Source of the DNA: Adineta vaga | Lineage: Eukaryota > Animalia > Rotifera | Direction of reading: 5' to 3' | Assembly: GCA_021613535.1 (NCBI GenBank) | Contig: CP075497.1 | Coordinates: forward strand, 13,268,001 to 13,332,000 | Length of the DNA stretch: 64,000 bases | Shown: piece by piece, positions 34,798-47,700 of the stretch | How positions within the stretch are numbered: position 1 is the stretch's first letter | Layout of the letters: each line of letters starts with the position of its first letter | The notes under the pieces: generated by a model | The model's database searches: none | Told to the model about the DNA's origin: nothing | Seen by the model: the letters and a program-made list of their open reading frames with translations, nothing else | Translations under genes and position numbers: made by a program

Positions 34798-35909
34798 CTA
34801 AAATTACATCCATACACGTTACTTTTCTATACTTTTTTAACTTAAAAAAAAAAGTGACAAACAAGATCAAGAAGTGTGACTAAGCAAAATCGAAAAGAAA
34901 TTATATTAGTGCTGATATAGCATGATTATCAGATACTTTTTTGAAGATGTAAGCGTATACGCACATATGTCTGATGGCAAACGCGTGGAATTAACAGAAA
35001 ATGAGGACGTAGGAATGGTTGCGGACACTATATTCATTTAATACCCACACCAAACCATCCCCACAATCAAGATGGGTATAGAATGTAGGACAGATTTCGA
35101 AGACTTGCATAATTATAACACACAGAAATGTTAATCACATATCCAAACTCATATACTCAAGCCTACCAAATCCAAACAGTATGGGTTTGGTGCATGTCTA
35201 GTTCGTTCGTTAGTCATTTACTACTTATTCTACTTTTTCAAATGATGATCAAAGGTAACGTGAACCATACTCCATCCACTACTTCTGCTCAATAATCCTC
35301 GCTACGATCAACAAAGCTTTTTCTCAAAACAATATTTCTGTACATGAATGCGATTAGAAAATCGAAAATTTTCCGAAGACTGCACCCGCTTCTTCTGCTT
35401 TCGAAATCATCAGACATAGGAGTCTATCTTTTACTGACCCTTAAATGAACTCCGAACTGCTCACAATACCATGTATCCCGTTACCATCCAATGCATCAAT
35501 TACAACTCCTTCATTTCGAACTCGATTAGCATCACATATCAAAACTCTTTTGAATTTTCTTTCGAATTCAAAATAGACGAAAAGAAAGCCATCTGATGAG
35601 TCTTTGTAGCTGAAGACGAAACCAATCATAATGGCTGGACTCACCCACACCCTCAAGATATTGTATAACTAAATGATTTGCTCATCGTTCAGAAGCAAGA
35701 TTCCAATCATAGGAGCTGGATGGTTCATAGTATTCGATTGCATCGATTCGCTTCCGTTTTTATTTGTCTTTTTTCAACGGTAACATGATTCATCCAAAAC
35801 GTTTTTATGTGAAAAGAAGAACGAGCGAAATACAATTTGTTTTGATGATATTAATAAGTACAGCTATCTTGATAATACGTATTTTCATTGGTTCTCTTTC
35901 TCATTTTAG

Positions 35910-37820
35910 GCAAGACGTTGTTCTTACAGAAAAAGAAAAAAAACAACAAAAATACTTGAATGCAGTTCGTCAGCGATATCAAATCAAAGAAGCAACTTCG
36001 TTTAATCTAATATTCAAATGAACAATAACGAAGCTAAGCAACAACTGGATGGCAGAATATTGGTTCATACACGAAAAAGAAAATTACAAAGTGAGTTAAA
36101 CATTCTATGTCGACATATCTATTAACATTGTACAGCTTTTTTTTAATGTGATTAGCAATAGATGAGGAGAAAAGGTAAGTAAAAGAAGTCGTCTAATTGC
36201 ATCTATCTCGTTTTTATTTCTTATAGTCTATCAATTTGTTCAATTGAGAATTTGTCCAATGAAATATTTTATGAAATATTTGACTACCTCGATTTTTCGG
36301 ATACATATGAAGCCTTTTCCAATCTGAATATCCGTTTTCAACAGCTTATTACTTCCTCGTCACATCTTTAGACTATTGATAAATGAACTTTTGCCGATTC
36401 TTTCATAATTAAAATCGTTATCTCGTCTTTCTTCATTGGTAATCTCTATTAATGACTTTGACGATTCGGATATTGATCTACACGGCATATATCGAGTGAT
36501 TTTGGAGTTATTCACTTTAAAATATAATAATCTCAATGTGTATTCTGGTTTGTTAAGTGCCTCAAACGCTTTTGAAAACAATGAAAGATTTAGCACTATC
36601 GAATATTTGACTATGAAGCATTCTTGTACTATCGATGGACTTTCTTGTTTTCTTAAGTATACACCCCGACTACGTCATCTAATTTGTGCATCTTTGAATT
36701 ACACGTATGATGCGATTGAAAATGATGTTCCATTAATACTGCCAAATCTAACATATTTTTGGATTTATTATTGTAACATTCCATTTGATGAATTCCAACA
36801 ATTTATCGAGAAAAACTTTTCTCAGCTACATGTTTTCCGCATCGATACATTCAGTAATGAAAATTATATTAATCCTGATCGATGGAAACCATTGATTTTA
36901 CAAAATATGTCTCAATTACGTAGATTCCGTTTTACCTATAGCATAAATTGGGATGCTAATTTTGTAGATCATCATTTTCAGTCATTTGTTCATCACTTTT
37001 CTTCTCCGTTTTGGATCAAACAAGATTTCAATGTTCAACTTTACGTTACATCTGAAAGTATTGATTATACATTGAGATCAAACAGGTATTATATAGATGT
37101 TATGGGAAAATATTTTGTTTGTAAAATGTCAATATTTTTAGTCGTATTGATAGAGAAGGTGAGTTCAAAGAATTTCTCCAATCAGTAATAACTTCTAATA
37201 GAAGTATTTGCCATGATACAACGCAAGATAATAGTGCTCATCAATCTCCTGCACCTATTCATCTATCTATTGGATATCAAAATGATCCATGGAGTATATC
37301 ATTCATGAATAGTGTCTCTTTCATTTTACTTGCAATTCCCACCACGAATCTATTTATTGGACTTCACAAGATGCCTCTGTCTATGTTTATCAGAATCATT
37401 CGTTCATTACCGAATCTGAGTACATTACATGTACCTGAATTATCATTCGATCAATTAAGCAGTTTATCTATCGAAGAGAAAAAGGATATTCGTTACTTCT
37501 CAATCAACAATAAAGTAACTGATGTTAATCATAGTGCAGACCTTAACTTAACAGAGTTTCTCATTATTCTCTGTCCTCGAATGGAATATCTCAAAATGAG
37601 CTTTATATCGGATATAAGTCATGAGACATTCATTCGACTTGTTCTAATGAAAACTATCACACACACTCCGAATCTTCATTCCATGAATATTTGGCTTTAT
37701 AAGGCAAATGATCAGATGGTTCGTAAACTACAGAACATGATTAATTCCGAAAAACTACTTACCGATTACATCATTAAACGTTGGAAAAATAATATAATCT
37801 TAAAATGGAAGTTAGAATAA
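35910..37820 (+). pseudogene. F-box/LRR-type gene (family expanded in rotifers), disrupted
   Basis: F-box IENLSNEIFYEIFDYLD...AFSNLNIRFQQL at ~36243-36350 is followed by an in-frame TAG. LRR-like ORFs follow at 36436-37188 (TPRLRHL, LPNLTYF, FSSPFW) and 37305-37820 (LPNLSTL, LCPRMEYL). Confidence 0.7.
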
Positions 37821-38549
37821 AAATGACATATTCTATTTCCAGTATATTGTACTATATACTACAAACAAGGGTGTGGGTGTTAAATGAGTATAGTTTCCGC
37901 AACCACGCCCATGCTTTACTCATTTTCAATTAATAGAAAAAAAATAAAAAATTCACGCAAATATTTAGTAAAAATAAAAGTCGTCAACATAAATTTTCAT
38001 ATGAATTGTGCACGTTAGATAAAGAATAATCAAAAGTGAACTACGCTCACATTTCACCGTCAAGATAAAGCTTTATTTATAATAAGTATACTTTTTTTAT
38101 ATTTTGTTTTTTTGGAAAGAATTCAGCAAGGCATTACTTTTTTGTTTTGTTTTTATGTTTTATTCAAGTAGCTGATGGTAAATATAATCGCCAAGATAAG
38201 AAAGAAAAATCTCGTCGCTTTTCTCATTGTCAATTGTTAACATATTCTAAAGTTGTATAAACATTGTCGTCAACAACAAAGCAAAGAATGGTCGTATGAC
38301 AAGAAAGATTGTAATTTTTTCCCGTCTTATCACGCAGTCAAAGAATGCAAAAATGCATGGTTTTGAAGATTTTATATCTTATATGTTCACTAGCGACAGA
38401 ACGATTGGATGACTAAATATGGAATATGAGATCATCATCATCGAAATTCTGATTTCATACTTTTCACAACAAGCAAGTTTATCTTCATTTATCTTTTTTT
38501 AGAATTTCAGATTAATTTACATTACAAAAACTTTTATATTAATTAATTT

Positions 38550-38705
38550 ATGCTTCGATTCGTCGGTACAACAGCAGCACGTGTAGTCTTAATAGGTGCA
38601 GCTACACTTGTTGGAGGCACAGCTGTTCATACAATGACACAACCACAAATTCCTCCTGAAGAGCAAAAGACAACTTCAACGAACATGAACAATACAAAAG
38701 TTTAG
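38550..38705 (+). CDS. Putative 51-aa single-pass microprotein
   Basis: MLRFVGTTAARVVLIGAATLVGGTAVHTMTQPQIPPEEQKTTSTNMNNTKV*. Coding-like composition within AT-rich flanks; below the length cutoff of the ORF track. Confidence 0.5.
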   Translation: MLRFVGTTAARVVLIGAATLVGGTAVHTMTQPQIPPEEQKTTSTNMNNTKV

Positions 38706-39090
38706 AAGAAATGTATGATTATTCCCGATTGTAAATGACTTTTATGGCATTTTTTTTTCAATTCTTTTGTAAGAGTATATGATTGAAGATCTCTCATATT
38801 GATTAATAAAGACATGAGGGTGTGAGTGAAGAAGATATATCCATACACACACATACCGCCAATATAGTTGTTAGAAGTCTGTAGCAAAATTGTTATTAGT
38901 ATAATTGTTTGTTTCGATATATGATTGGAGGGTGTGGGTATGGATGAAGAGGGCAACAACACCATACCCACATCCTCATAACGTCTCGAATCACCCTCAA
39001 TTTAGTAGATAATGATTTGTTATTAAACTGGTGCGAGTTGCAAAATTTCATGATTGGAGGGTGTGAGTATGGATGAAGAGGGCAACAACA

Positions 39091-39122
39091 CCACACCCAC
39101 ACCCACACCCACACCCACACCC
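39091..39122 (-). repeat. Interstitial (TGTGGG)n telomere-type repeat, about 5 units
   Basis: ccacacccacacccacacccacacccacaccc. TGTGGG is the telomeric repeat known for Adineta vaga. Confidence 0.75.
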
Positions 39123-39679
39123 ATCAAAATCATCAAATAGCATCGAGCAAACTTAATTCCAACAAAAACATGCAAAAATCAATACCATCAACCTATTATC
39201 AACCTTATTCCTTCGTTTTAAAGCAAGATCCAAATCATCTGATGAGACCCTTGAGCAAGATCGAAACGCGTCATGCCAGCTTAACTCATCCTCATCCCAC
39301 ATCCACCCTCTAGTTGTTACTTGATAATTCATTCTCTAGTAATCTTTCATTTTACCTTTTTGCAGTATGTTTTCTTCCAACTTAATCGCTCGTTCTTACC
39401 AGAAAAAAAAATAAGTTGGAAGAAAAATGAATGCATTTTTTTTTCTTCTATTCAAACTCGTGTTTAATGATTATATATTTCAATGTAAAAACTCCACAGG
39501 CGACATGATTTCCGTTCTTCAAAACATATATCCAAGGGTGATAAAACTGATCGAAATCGTTTGAAAATCATTTCATATCACCAAAATTCATTTTCAATCA
39601 CCACCTCACAGATCACTTTTCACCTTTGCACATTCCTTTTTCGGGAGACCAAGTAGTCAGCAGTTAACTAGTAACTAGA

Positions 39680-40810
39680 ATGAAAATCTTTCCATATTTT
39701 TGTCTGTTGTTCGTCATTTCCATCGGGCCGAATGACTGTTCTACTTGTAATCTCGGCTATTACTATAGCAGCTCTCAATGTCAATCATGTTCACCAGGAT
39801 CTTATTGTCCCGACGGAACAAATCGATACTCATGTCCGTCTGGCAACTATGCAAGTTCTAATGGTTGGAGCAGCTGTTCAACTTGCCAAGGTGGGTATAA
39901 CTGCTCAGATCCAACGAGACCTCAAGCATGCCCACCTGGAACCTATTCTTCATCCGGACAAGTGACGTGTCAGCGATGTCCGAACGGTACTTATGCGTCC
40001 TCCAGCGGGTGGAGCAGTTGTTCTACTTGTCAAGGCGGATATAACTGTTCAGATCCAACAAGACCTCAAGCGTGTTCACCTGGTACTTACGCGGGGTATG
40101 GGCAAATGCAATGTCTTCGATGTCCCATCGGTACTTTCGCATCCTCCAGCGGATGGAGCAGTTGTTCATCGTGTCAAGCTGGCTATCAGTGTTCTAATCC
40201 AGCGCAACCTCAAGCATGCCCACCTGGAACCTATTCTTCATCCGGACAAGTGACGTGTCAGCGATGTCCGAACGGTACTTACGCGTCCTCCAGCGGGTGG
40301 AGCAGTTGTTCTACTTGTCAAGGCGGATATAACTGTTCTAATCCAACGCAACCTCAAGCATGCTCACCTGGAACCTATTCTTCATCTGGACAAGTGACGT
40401 GTCAGCGATGTCCGAACGGTACTTTCGCGTCTTCTAGCGCGTGGAGTAGTTGTTCATCGTGTCAAGCTGGCTATCAGTGTTCAGATCCATCGAAACCTCA
40501 AGCGTGTCAACCTGGTACATATGCGGGATCTGGACAAATGCAATGTTCTCAATGTCCAATTGGTTCTTATGCTTCGTCATATGGTTGGAGTAGCTGTTCA
40601 GCATGTCCTCTAGGTAACCAATGTTCTGATCCAACGAGACCTCAACCGTGTCCACCTGGCACCTACGCTTCGTCTGGCCAAAAACAATGTTTTGCATGTC
40701 CTGTCGGTTCTTACGCTTCATCCTCGGGCTGGAGTAGTTGTACAGCGTGCTCAAATGGCTATGGTACAGTAAGCATTGGTCAAACGGCCTGTGTTAGTGT
40801 GACAGGTTAA
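39680..40810 (+). CDS. Secreted Cys-rich tandem-repeat protein (GCC2/GCC3, ephrin-receptor-like repeats)
   Basis: Signal peptide MKIFPYFCLLFVISIG, then about six 48-aa (144-nt) units with 6 Cys each (CPPGTYSSSGQVTCQRCPNGTYASSSGWSSCSTCQGGYNCSDPTRPQA). Intronless and visibly GC-richer than the flanks. Confidence 0.85.
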   Translation: MKIFPYFCLLFVISIGPNDCSTCNLGYYYSSSQCQSCSPGSYCPDGTNRYSCPSGNYASSNGWSSCSTCQGGYNCSDPTRPQACPPGTYSSSGQVTCQRCPNGTYASSSGWSSCSTCQGGYNCSDPTRPQACSPGTYAGYGQMQCLRCPIGTFASSSGWSSCSSCQAGYQCSNPAQPQACPPGTYSSSGQVTCQRCPNGTYASSSGWSSCSTCQGGYNCSNPTQPQACSPGTYSSSGQVTCQRCPNGTFASSSAWSSCSSCQAGYQCSDPSKPQACQPGTYAGSGQMQCSQCPIGSYASSYGWSSCSACPLGNQCSDPTRPQPCPPGTYASSGQKQCFACPVGSYASSSGWSSCTACSNGYGTVSIGQTACVSVTG

Positions 40811-42463
40811 TAGTTTGAACGAACTGTTTCCAGGATTAGAGCTTCAAAGGACACAATGGATAATTTTCTTTGAACATTTAAACAAGAATGTGTAAAGTTT
40901 TATTCAAGAACAAAGCGAAGGTCGTTTTACAATCTTTATTCAATTTCTGAAATAAATTTCGTTGACATAGGTGAACTGAACTCATATGAGAATGCGCAAA
41001 CTATTCAACTGAATTGCATTTGTGAGTTGTAGTGCGAGAGAGATCCTGACTAGTGTGTGAGTAGTATTTTTATTCGCAATCCGACCCTCATCCACATCCT
41101 AAACAATGTTTCTCAATTGTTCCAATATATTTTGACGCTTTTTATCTGTCTCGTCGATCATAGAATCTATTCAGATCAGTTGTATATTCTGCATAATACG
41201 TCTTCTATTATGAACAGTATCAGATGAATCCATTGTAATAGTGGAAGCATTTATTGAAATGAGAATGTTTTGTATTGAGCTAGTACTAGTCATATCACTT
41301 TGAATTCTGAATTGTCTATTAATTAAATAGATGTTATTTCAATAATCAAAAAGTACATAACCTGTTTAGATCAAAATTAATGCAGTTTACACAATCTCTC
41401 CTCCATAATAATGATCTTTCTCTTTTTTTCTGACATCAATCGACAAATTCTACTGAAACTTATTTTTATTTAAATGCTGTGGCATACGACACAGAACAAA
41501 AAAGAAAGAAAATAATTATAACGACGTCTGTAACATGTTTTATTTTTTCCAACTTTTTTCTCATTCATCTCGAGGACATGGGTGAAGACAAGTGTGATTC
41601 CCTCCCTTATTCGCATCCATTATCAAAATCAAATTATTCATAAAATTCCAACTAATATCAGTAACTAGAAACTATAATCACAGTAGGAACTAACTTCGGT
41701 ATCGAAAAATGTCAATGAATGAGATCGTTTCAATAAAATTTAACTCAGTACAATTTAATAATGAATTTGAATGACATGAGTGTGACGATTTTTGATAGAA
41801 CAGACTTTAGCGGTGATGAAGCTACGTTTTCTTTTACTTCTTCATATCATATAGTGCATGGTTTTCACATAAAACAATCTTGAGGATGAGGGTCAGAGCA
41901 TCATTATTCTCTTCATTCACTCACACTCTCAGACTTTTTTCTTTGAAATGAATTAGTTTATATTCTGTAGTGCAGTGAAATAGATACAGTATGTTCATTG
42001 ATATCCTAGGCTATAATTGTTTTTCTCTTTATTTATCGATAAAAGTCTGATAACAAGTAAAGGCATTGTTATGTGCTCAATCATACATCAGCACGATTTG
42101 GTTGACTCTAATCGCCATAATTAAATAATTAGAAAGAGATTGTATAAGTTTCATCAATACTATTATTCTGATTTTGTAGTATTTGAGCAAAAATAAACTT
42201 TCTAATGCAATCACTAGAATCATATTGAGTAGCTGAATGATGGTAAGGTCCAAGATGATATTATTAAATATTAACTTTAACTACTTTTTTTTAAAGAAAA
42301 AGTTAAAGTGCCATCCTTATTCTAAATAATATACTAATGATTTTAGAAATTCGAGTTCATTTTAGCACACTAAAATCAGACATATACCGTCAATATAGTT
42401 GTTAGAAATCTGTAGAAAAAATTGTTATTTAGTTTCATTGTTTGTTTCGATATATGATTGGAT

Positions 42464-43405
42464 CTAACCAGTAATACGACGTAATAGTTGTTCACCATAA
42501 TGATCGAATTTAAATATTTTCTTCAATTCTTCTCTATAGACACTTGCCGAAAGAATATAAAGAAATGTTGAGAAAACATATGTTCCTTGTTGCCAAACAA
42601 GAGTGATACTTCGAATACCCGTAATAAAACTTGTATTCATTGAAGGTACAAATGTTGTTAGTATATAAGTAGTTGCAGCTGGTAAAGAAAAGAAAACATA
42701 TGCAGTAACTTGAATAATTAACATTCGAGCTAATTGACCTTCTGTTCGACGACGATGATTTACTTGATTTACTGGTACTACACGATTTATTTGAACACGA
42801 ATATTATAAATTGTTAATAGACCAAATATAGCCATGGCCATTGGTGCTAATATATAATAAAGAATAATCCGACTAGTAAAATAAACAACGATAATCGTTG
42901 ATGAATACTGTGCACATCGATTTGTAATATAATCCAAATGGTAGATAATACAAAATGGACTCATATAAATTGCAGTAAAAAGACTTATGATTACAATCAA
43001 TCTTTGTGCTATTCGTATATTAGAGAAATTTCTTAAGTAAACTAATGATGAACTAGAAAAGAATCGATCAATTGAAGCACATACTAACATAAGAGCAACA
43101 AATAAAGATAATGAATAAAGAATAAATAACATGATTCGACATCCGAATGGTGTAGTAACTGCTGATATTCCAAAACGATATTGGAGAAATAAAATCATAG
43201 GTGAAATAATCATATAGATAAGAGTAGCAATAGCTAAAGCAAAAAAATAATGAAAACATGAAGATGATCGAAGATTTCGTCGAGAAAGAACAGCAATATT
43301 GATAATGTTGGTAATCACTGTTATTATCATTGTAATTGGTGAAATATAAGTATAGATGATACCAAGTTCATAGTTCAAATTGTATGATGATGTAGTAGTA
43401 TTCAT
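42464..43405 (-). CDS. Orphan 7TM GPCR
   Basis: 313 aa. ITNIIN, LRSSSC, CASIDRF, EGQLARMLIIQV, FLYILSASVYREEL. Confidence 0.9.
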   Translation of the reverse strand: MNTTTSSYNLNYELGIIYTYISPITMIITVITNIINIAVLSRRNLRSSSCFHYFFALAIATLIYMIISPMILFLQYRFGISAVTTPFGCRIMLFILYSLSLFVALMLVCASIDRFFSSSSLVYLRNFSNIRIAQRLIVIISLFTAIYMSPFCIIYHLDYITNRCAQYSSTIIVVYFTSRIILYYILAPMAMAIFGLLTIYNIRVQINRVVPVNQVNHRRRTEGQLARMLIIQVTAYVFFSLPAATTYILTTFVPSMNTSFITGIRSITLVWQQGTYVFSTFLYILSASVYREELKKIFKFDHYGEQLLRRITG

Positions 43406-44274
43406 TTTATATGATATATGTAATAAATTTTAATCTTATAGTTTTATAATATCTTTGAAAAGGTTATAGGGTGTCATGGATTGACGTCAAAGAATTAATT
43501 TTACGTTAACTATTGAGAAAATTCTTTATTGTTGAGTATATAGGGTAAGAAATAGTTTATTTAAAAAAATCTTCTAATAATTTTTTGCTCTAGGTATGGA
43601 ACATTTTTTCTATTTTAATCTTTTAATAATAGGGTTTATCAGAGGCGCAGAATCTTCCAGAAAATCATAAAGTTCTCTAAGTTATTTACCTTCACTACTC
43701 ATAGATCAACTTTATTTGCTAAAAAATATACGAAAAAAACGTAACAACTTTTTGTGTCAATTCTTATTGTTCGTAGGACATAGGAATTCTTTTTACTTGT
43801 TCTTTTCTCAAGCGATTCAAAACAACCGAATGAGAGACTTTCATTGAAAGAAAGAGAAAAAACCAATGAGTTAATTCTATTTGTTTTTTTTAGAAAAATT
43901 AAAAATAGCGTATAAAAAGGAAAGTAATGTATTCGAAAGAATGAATTATGTCCAACAGAAAATTGTAAAGAAAACAAGATTTTCCCTCCTCACACCGAGG
44001 CTCATAAGAAATATTCTACACCTCTGAATTAGACCAAGATAAGAATCTCTTTTTGATGATCTTATAGTATAGTAGTTAGACTTTTTCGTGTTATGACATA
44101 TAATAATCTATATAGAATTTATAAAAAAAAGTAAAATATGTAAGACATGACATAAAGAAAGAGAGAGACTGGAGTAAAGATATTTATTTAAGTGTCCTTC
44201 AGTCTCAACTTCACCCTCAAGATAATTAGCTAAAATTATAAGAAAGAATATGTCATATAAAATAACGGATATAT

Positions 44275-45595
44275 TTAGTAACGAAGAAATTTTTGTATTC
44301 GATGATTATTTGAATCAGCGACATATAAATTAAGTTAACTATCTAATTCTGTAGACCATGGTCTATCAAATAAAAGAGAAGTATATTACCACGTATTCCA
44401 TTAATACCAACTATAGTAATTCCTTCAGTTTGTCCAATCATGAATAGTTGAATTCAATGGTTATTTCTGTCATCAACGTACATATTACCCATTGGATCAA
44501 ATGTTAAATCAGTTGGCCGTACTAACGATGTTCATGTATTACCTGGAGTACAATTCATGTTACCAGCAACCAATGTCCAACTATTTGCTCCTAGTACCCA
44601 ACGAACAATGTTACCGCACACGTGATTTACAATAACAAGACTGTTTGATAGTGAATCGAAATATAATCCGACTGGACTAGAAGAAAATTGTGTGATATTT
44701 GATTCATTTCTATTACCATCTGTGACAACGTTTCCAAATGATGCACCCTGTAGGTAACTCATTACACGATTAGTGCTATAATCTGCGATATAAAGTGTTC
44801 CGACGTGAAAATCACGTGCAATACCATATGACAAAGCAAATTGATTATTTGCCATACCACATCCACCTACGAAACGAAATTTTAATTCAGATTATAAATA
44901 TAAAACATTATTTCAACTTACCAAAACCAGCAATTGTTGTTCCTGAGCTGGTAGTTTTATTCCATAATTGAATTCGACAATTTCCTGAATCGGTCACATA
45001 AATATTCTCATTTGTATCAATTAAAATACGCGATGGATTGTTCAAATGAGTCGCAGTTGAATTTCATGTTCCATCTGCTTGACCAGCAACTGTCAAACCA
45101 ATTGACGAATTCATTAAGAATTTTTGTACTCGATGATTATTTCTATCAGCAACATAGAGTGTACGAGAATAATCTAATCTTGCATCCCATGGTGTATTAA
45201 GACGATCACTACCATTACCTGTCATACCAGTCACTCCTGCAATTGTTATTCCACTTGCATTCCAACGTAATACAGCTTCACGTCCTCAAAATATTATTTA
45301 TTTAACAAAAAACAACTCACAACTGGTAAACACATTTTTCATACTCATAATTTCTCCATTGAATTTTGTTCTATTGATCAGAACTATTAAGAGTACGGTA
45401 ATAATTATTCCAATCAACAAACCAATCAACATCGACATAATGATACATTTTCGTGAACAACTAAAACAAATTATTTTAGCGCGTATACACACTCATCTAG
45501 AATAAATACCGTGTTTTCGTCTTCTTTTTGTTTTCTTTCATCGATCGATGATGATCTTTGACTATTTCTCTTCGATCTGATCTTACTTCTTCCAT
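44275..45595 (-). pseudogene. Membrane-anchored NHL-repeat (beta-propeller) protein pseudogene
   Basis: N-terminal TM helix, then LRWNASGITIAG, LYVADRNNHRVQKF, IYVTDSGNCRIQLW, LYIADYSTNRVM, LYVADSNNHRIQKF. Internal TGA stops (e.g. ~45066, 44532) and frame breaks. Confidence 0.8.
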
Positions 45596-47094
45596 CTACA
45601 ATTCTTTCATTCATAAATCATCAAATTTAATCTTTACAAATAACTTTTACTTTCATATCGATTGAATTATCATTCGTCATATCCTATTAAAAATATCATT
45701 CTTATCATTTACAACAACATCAACAAAAGCATACCTCATCATGTGATACTTTTTGTTTGTGAATGATCAGTTCTTTTACTCTGACTCTGCTCTGACTAAA
45801 ACATCAAACAATACCATACAAAATCATCAATATTCAGGCATTTTTTACGCGTGTAGATGACGAAGATGGATGACGTTTTTCTGTATGTCTCATAACATTA
45901 TGATGATCATTGTCAACATTATTGGATCTCTATAATTAAAGATACAACACACACATCAGTAGGAGAATAAGTATGTATAAGAAAGACTTCTTACTCTTAT
46001 CGAATTTTGTGATTGATGTTTGTGTGGTAGAGATTTGATTCTAACATAAATAACATTTCCAGATAACGATGGATTGGGTCTTGTTACACGCTCTTGCTAC
46101 AATAAATGACTGATAATATGAATAGTAATTAAAATCAAATATGAACTAACTTTCTTCATGTCAAATGATCGACGATGACGAGAAACCCTAATAACATGTG
46201 TTTTTGTAGATTGAATAACATCTTCTGGTTCATCTTTTTTACTTTGAATGTATGCTTGATTAATTTTCATCATATACTTTGTATTGTTATTCGACGAATA
46301 GTAGAAATAATTTGAAAAAAAAGTATTCTTTTATAGTATTTCCTTTGTCAACAATGATCTTCTATGAAATTATTTGCATTTTTATGAGATTGTGTATATA
46401 CATATTGTTGTTGAGTGGAAAAAAAAGAAATTACAAACTATATTTTTTGTAACCGAAACAATTGTATTTGAAGTAAGATACTTCACTAGGAAGCGAGACG
46501 AAATATCCAAGAAAATTTCTACTCTTCCATTTTAAAAGTTTTTTTTCTGATCAATGGGTTTGGAATGAGTATAGCGTCGCACTCACATCCTCAATTCTAG
46601 TAATGCATTCTTTTTTTGAACGAATATTTCATTGACATGAAATTTTAATTGAAATTCAACCTGAAAATGCTATCATAAAGAAAGAAAATATTAATGATTT
46701 CATTTCGAATATAGAATGAAAATAATGTTTTTATTAATAATATTAAAAGTACTGAATTATCAAATCTACTTACAATGAATTAAAATATTCAAATATATAT
46801 TATCTACTTATACAAAATAATTAATTTTAAATTTTTATCGATTCATAATCAAAATGTAAAATAATATCATAAACATGTGCCTTTTTTCTTCGTAAATATC
46901 ATCTATTGATTTAAGATACGTTACATAATAAAATTCTGCTGTTGATATAATGACAAATCAGGTTTTTTCCTTCTTTTTAATCTTTATTTCATAATCTCAT
47001 ATAGAAAATGGTGTAAATTTCCAGACAAATTATTCGTCTATATATAATATCTTCAATATCGAAGTATGAAACGTTTTGTAATCTATCATATCAT

Positions 47095-47700
47095 ATGGCT
47101 ACGCCTAGTATAGTGATCAAATTGGTCAAAGAATTTGTCAATATGTTCTCTAATAGTCAAGATGTTGATGTATATTTATTATTTAAAAGAATTAATAAAA
47201 ATGAATATGTTAATTCTGTACGAATTAGTCATTGGCAAGTCGTTTGTCATTTCAAAGTTTCAAATCAATATAAATGTTATGAATTACGAACAAATAATGG
47301 TGATAAAGGTGGTAATATTGATTATCTTATTTCAGATTTTGAATTCAATGATATTATTTATTATTATTATGTTGGACAATGTAATATGAGTGAAGAACAA
47401 TTACAAAATAATTGTAAACAAATTATTGTTAATAATATCAAATATATATTAGGTGTTATTGATTGTCAAACATGGGCAACTTTATTCATTGAAAGTCTTG
47501 GCTTAACTGTTAATGGTATTGGACCACTTTTAACAAAAATGATACTTGATGGACCCTTATCACATACTCAATCATTTGTAGCAAGAATTCCTGATTTACT
47601 TGTTGAAACGAGTCCTAAATTAAATTATTTACTATCACGAGTCAAAATATGTCGTGGCCACCAAAATTTAGAACCAAAACACAAAATGCTATTGACATAA
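47095..47700 (+). CDS. Permuted papain-like (PPPDE/LRAT-type) peptidase domain protein
   Basis: SHWQVV (catalytic His) lies upstream of YILGVIDCQTWATLF (Y-x5-[N/D]CQ-x-[W/F] catalytic Cys motif), the His-before-Cys order of permuted NlpC/P60 enzymes. Intronless. Confidence 0.6.
   Translation: MATPSIVIKLVKEFVNMFSNSQDVDVYLLFKRINKNEYVNSVRISHWQVVCHFKVSNQYKCYELRTNNGDKGGNIDYLISDFEFNDIIYYYYVGQCNMSEEQLQNNCKQIIVNNIKYILGVIDCQTWATLFIESLGLTVNGIGPLLTKMILDGPLSHTQSFVARIPDLLVETSPKLNYLLSRVKICRGHQNLEPKHKMLLT

Noticed and set aside
35281-35620. Possible non-LTR retrotransposon 3' remnant (LPSNASITTPSFRTRLASHI)
   Set aside because: The resemblance is too short and no RT core motifs were found.
38896-39120. ORF MWVWVWVWVW...
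   Set aside because: It is the translation of the (TGTGGG)n tract and duplicated mini-elements, not a gene.
38815-39122. CRISPR-like repeat-spacer array
   Set aside because: Eukaryotic context, no cas genes, irregular spacing, and the units are inverted-repeat elements dispersed across the window.
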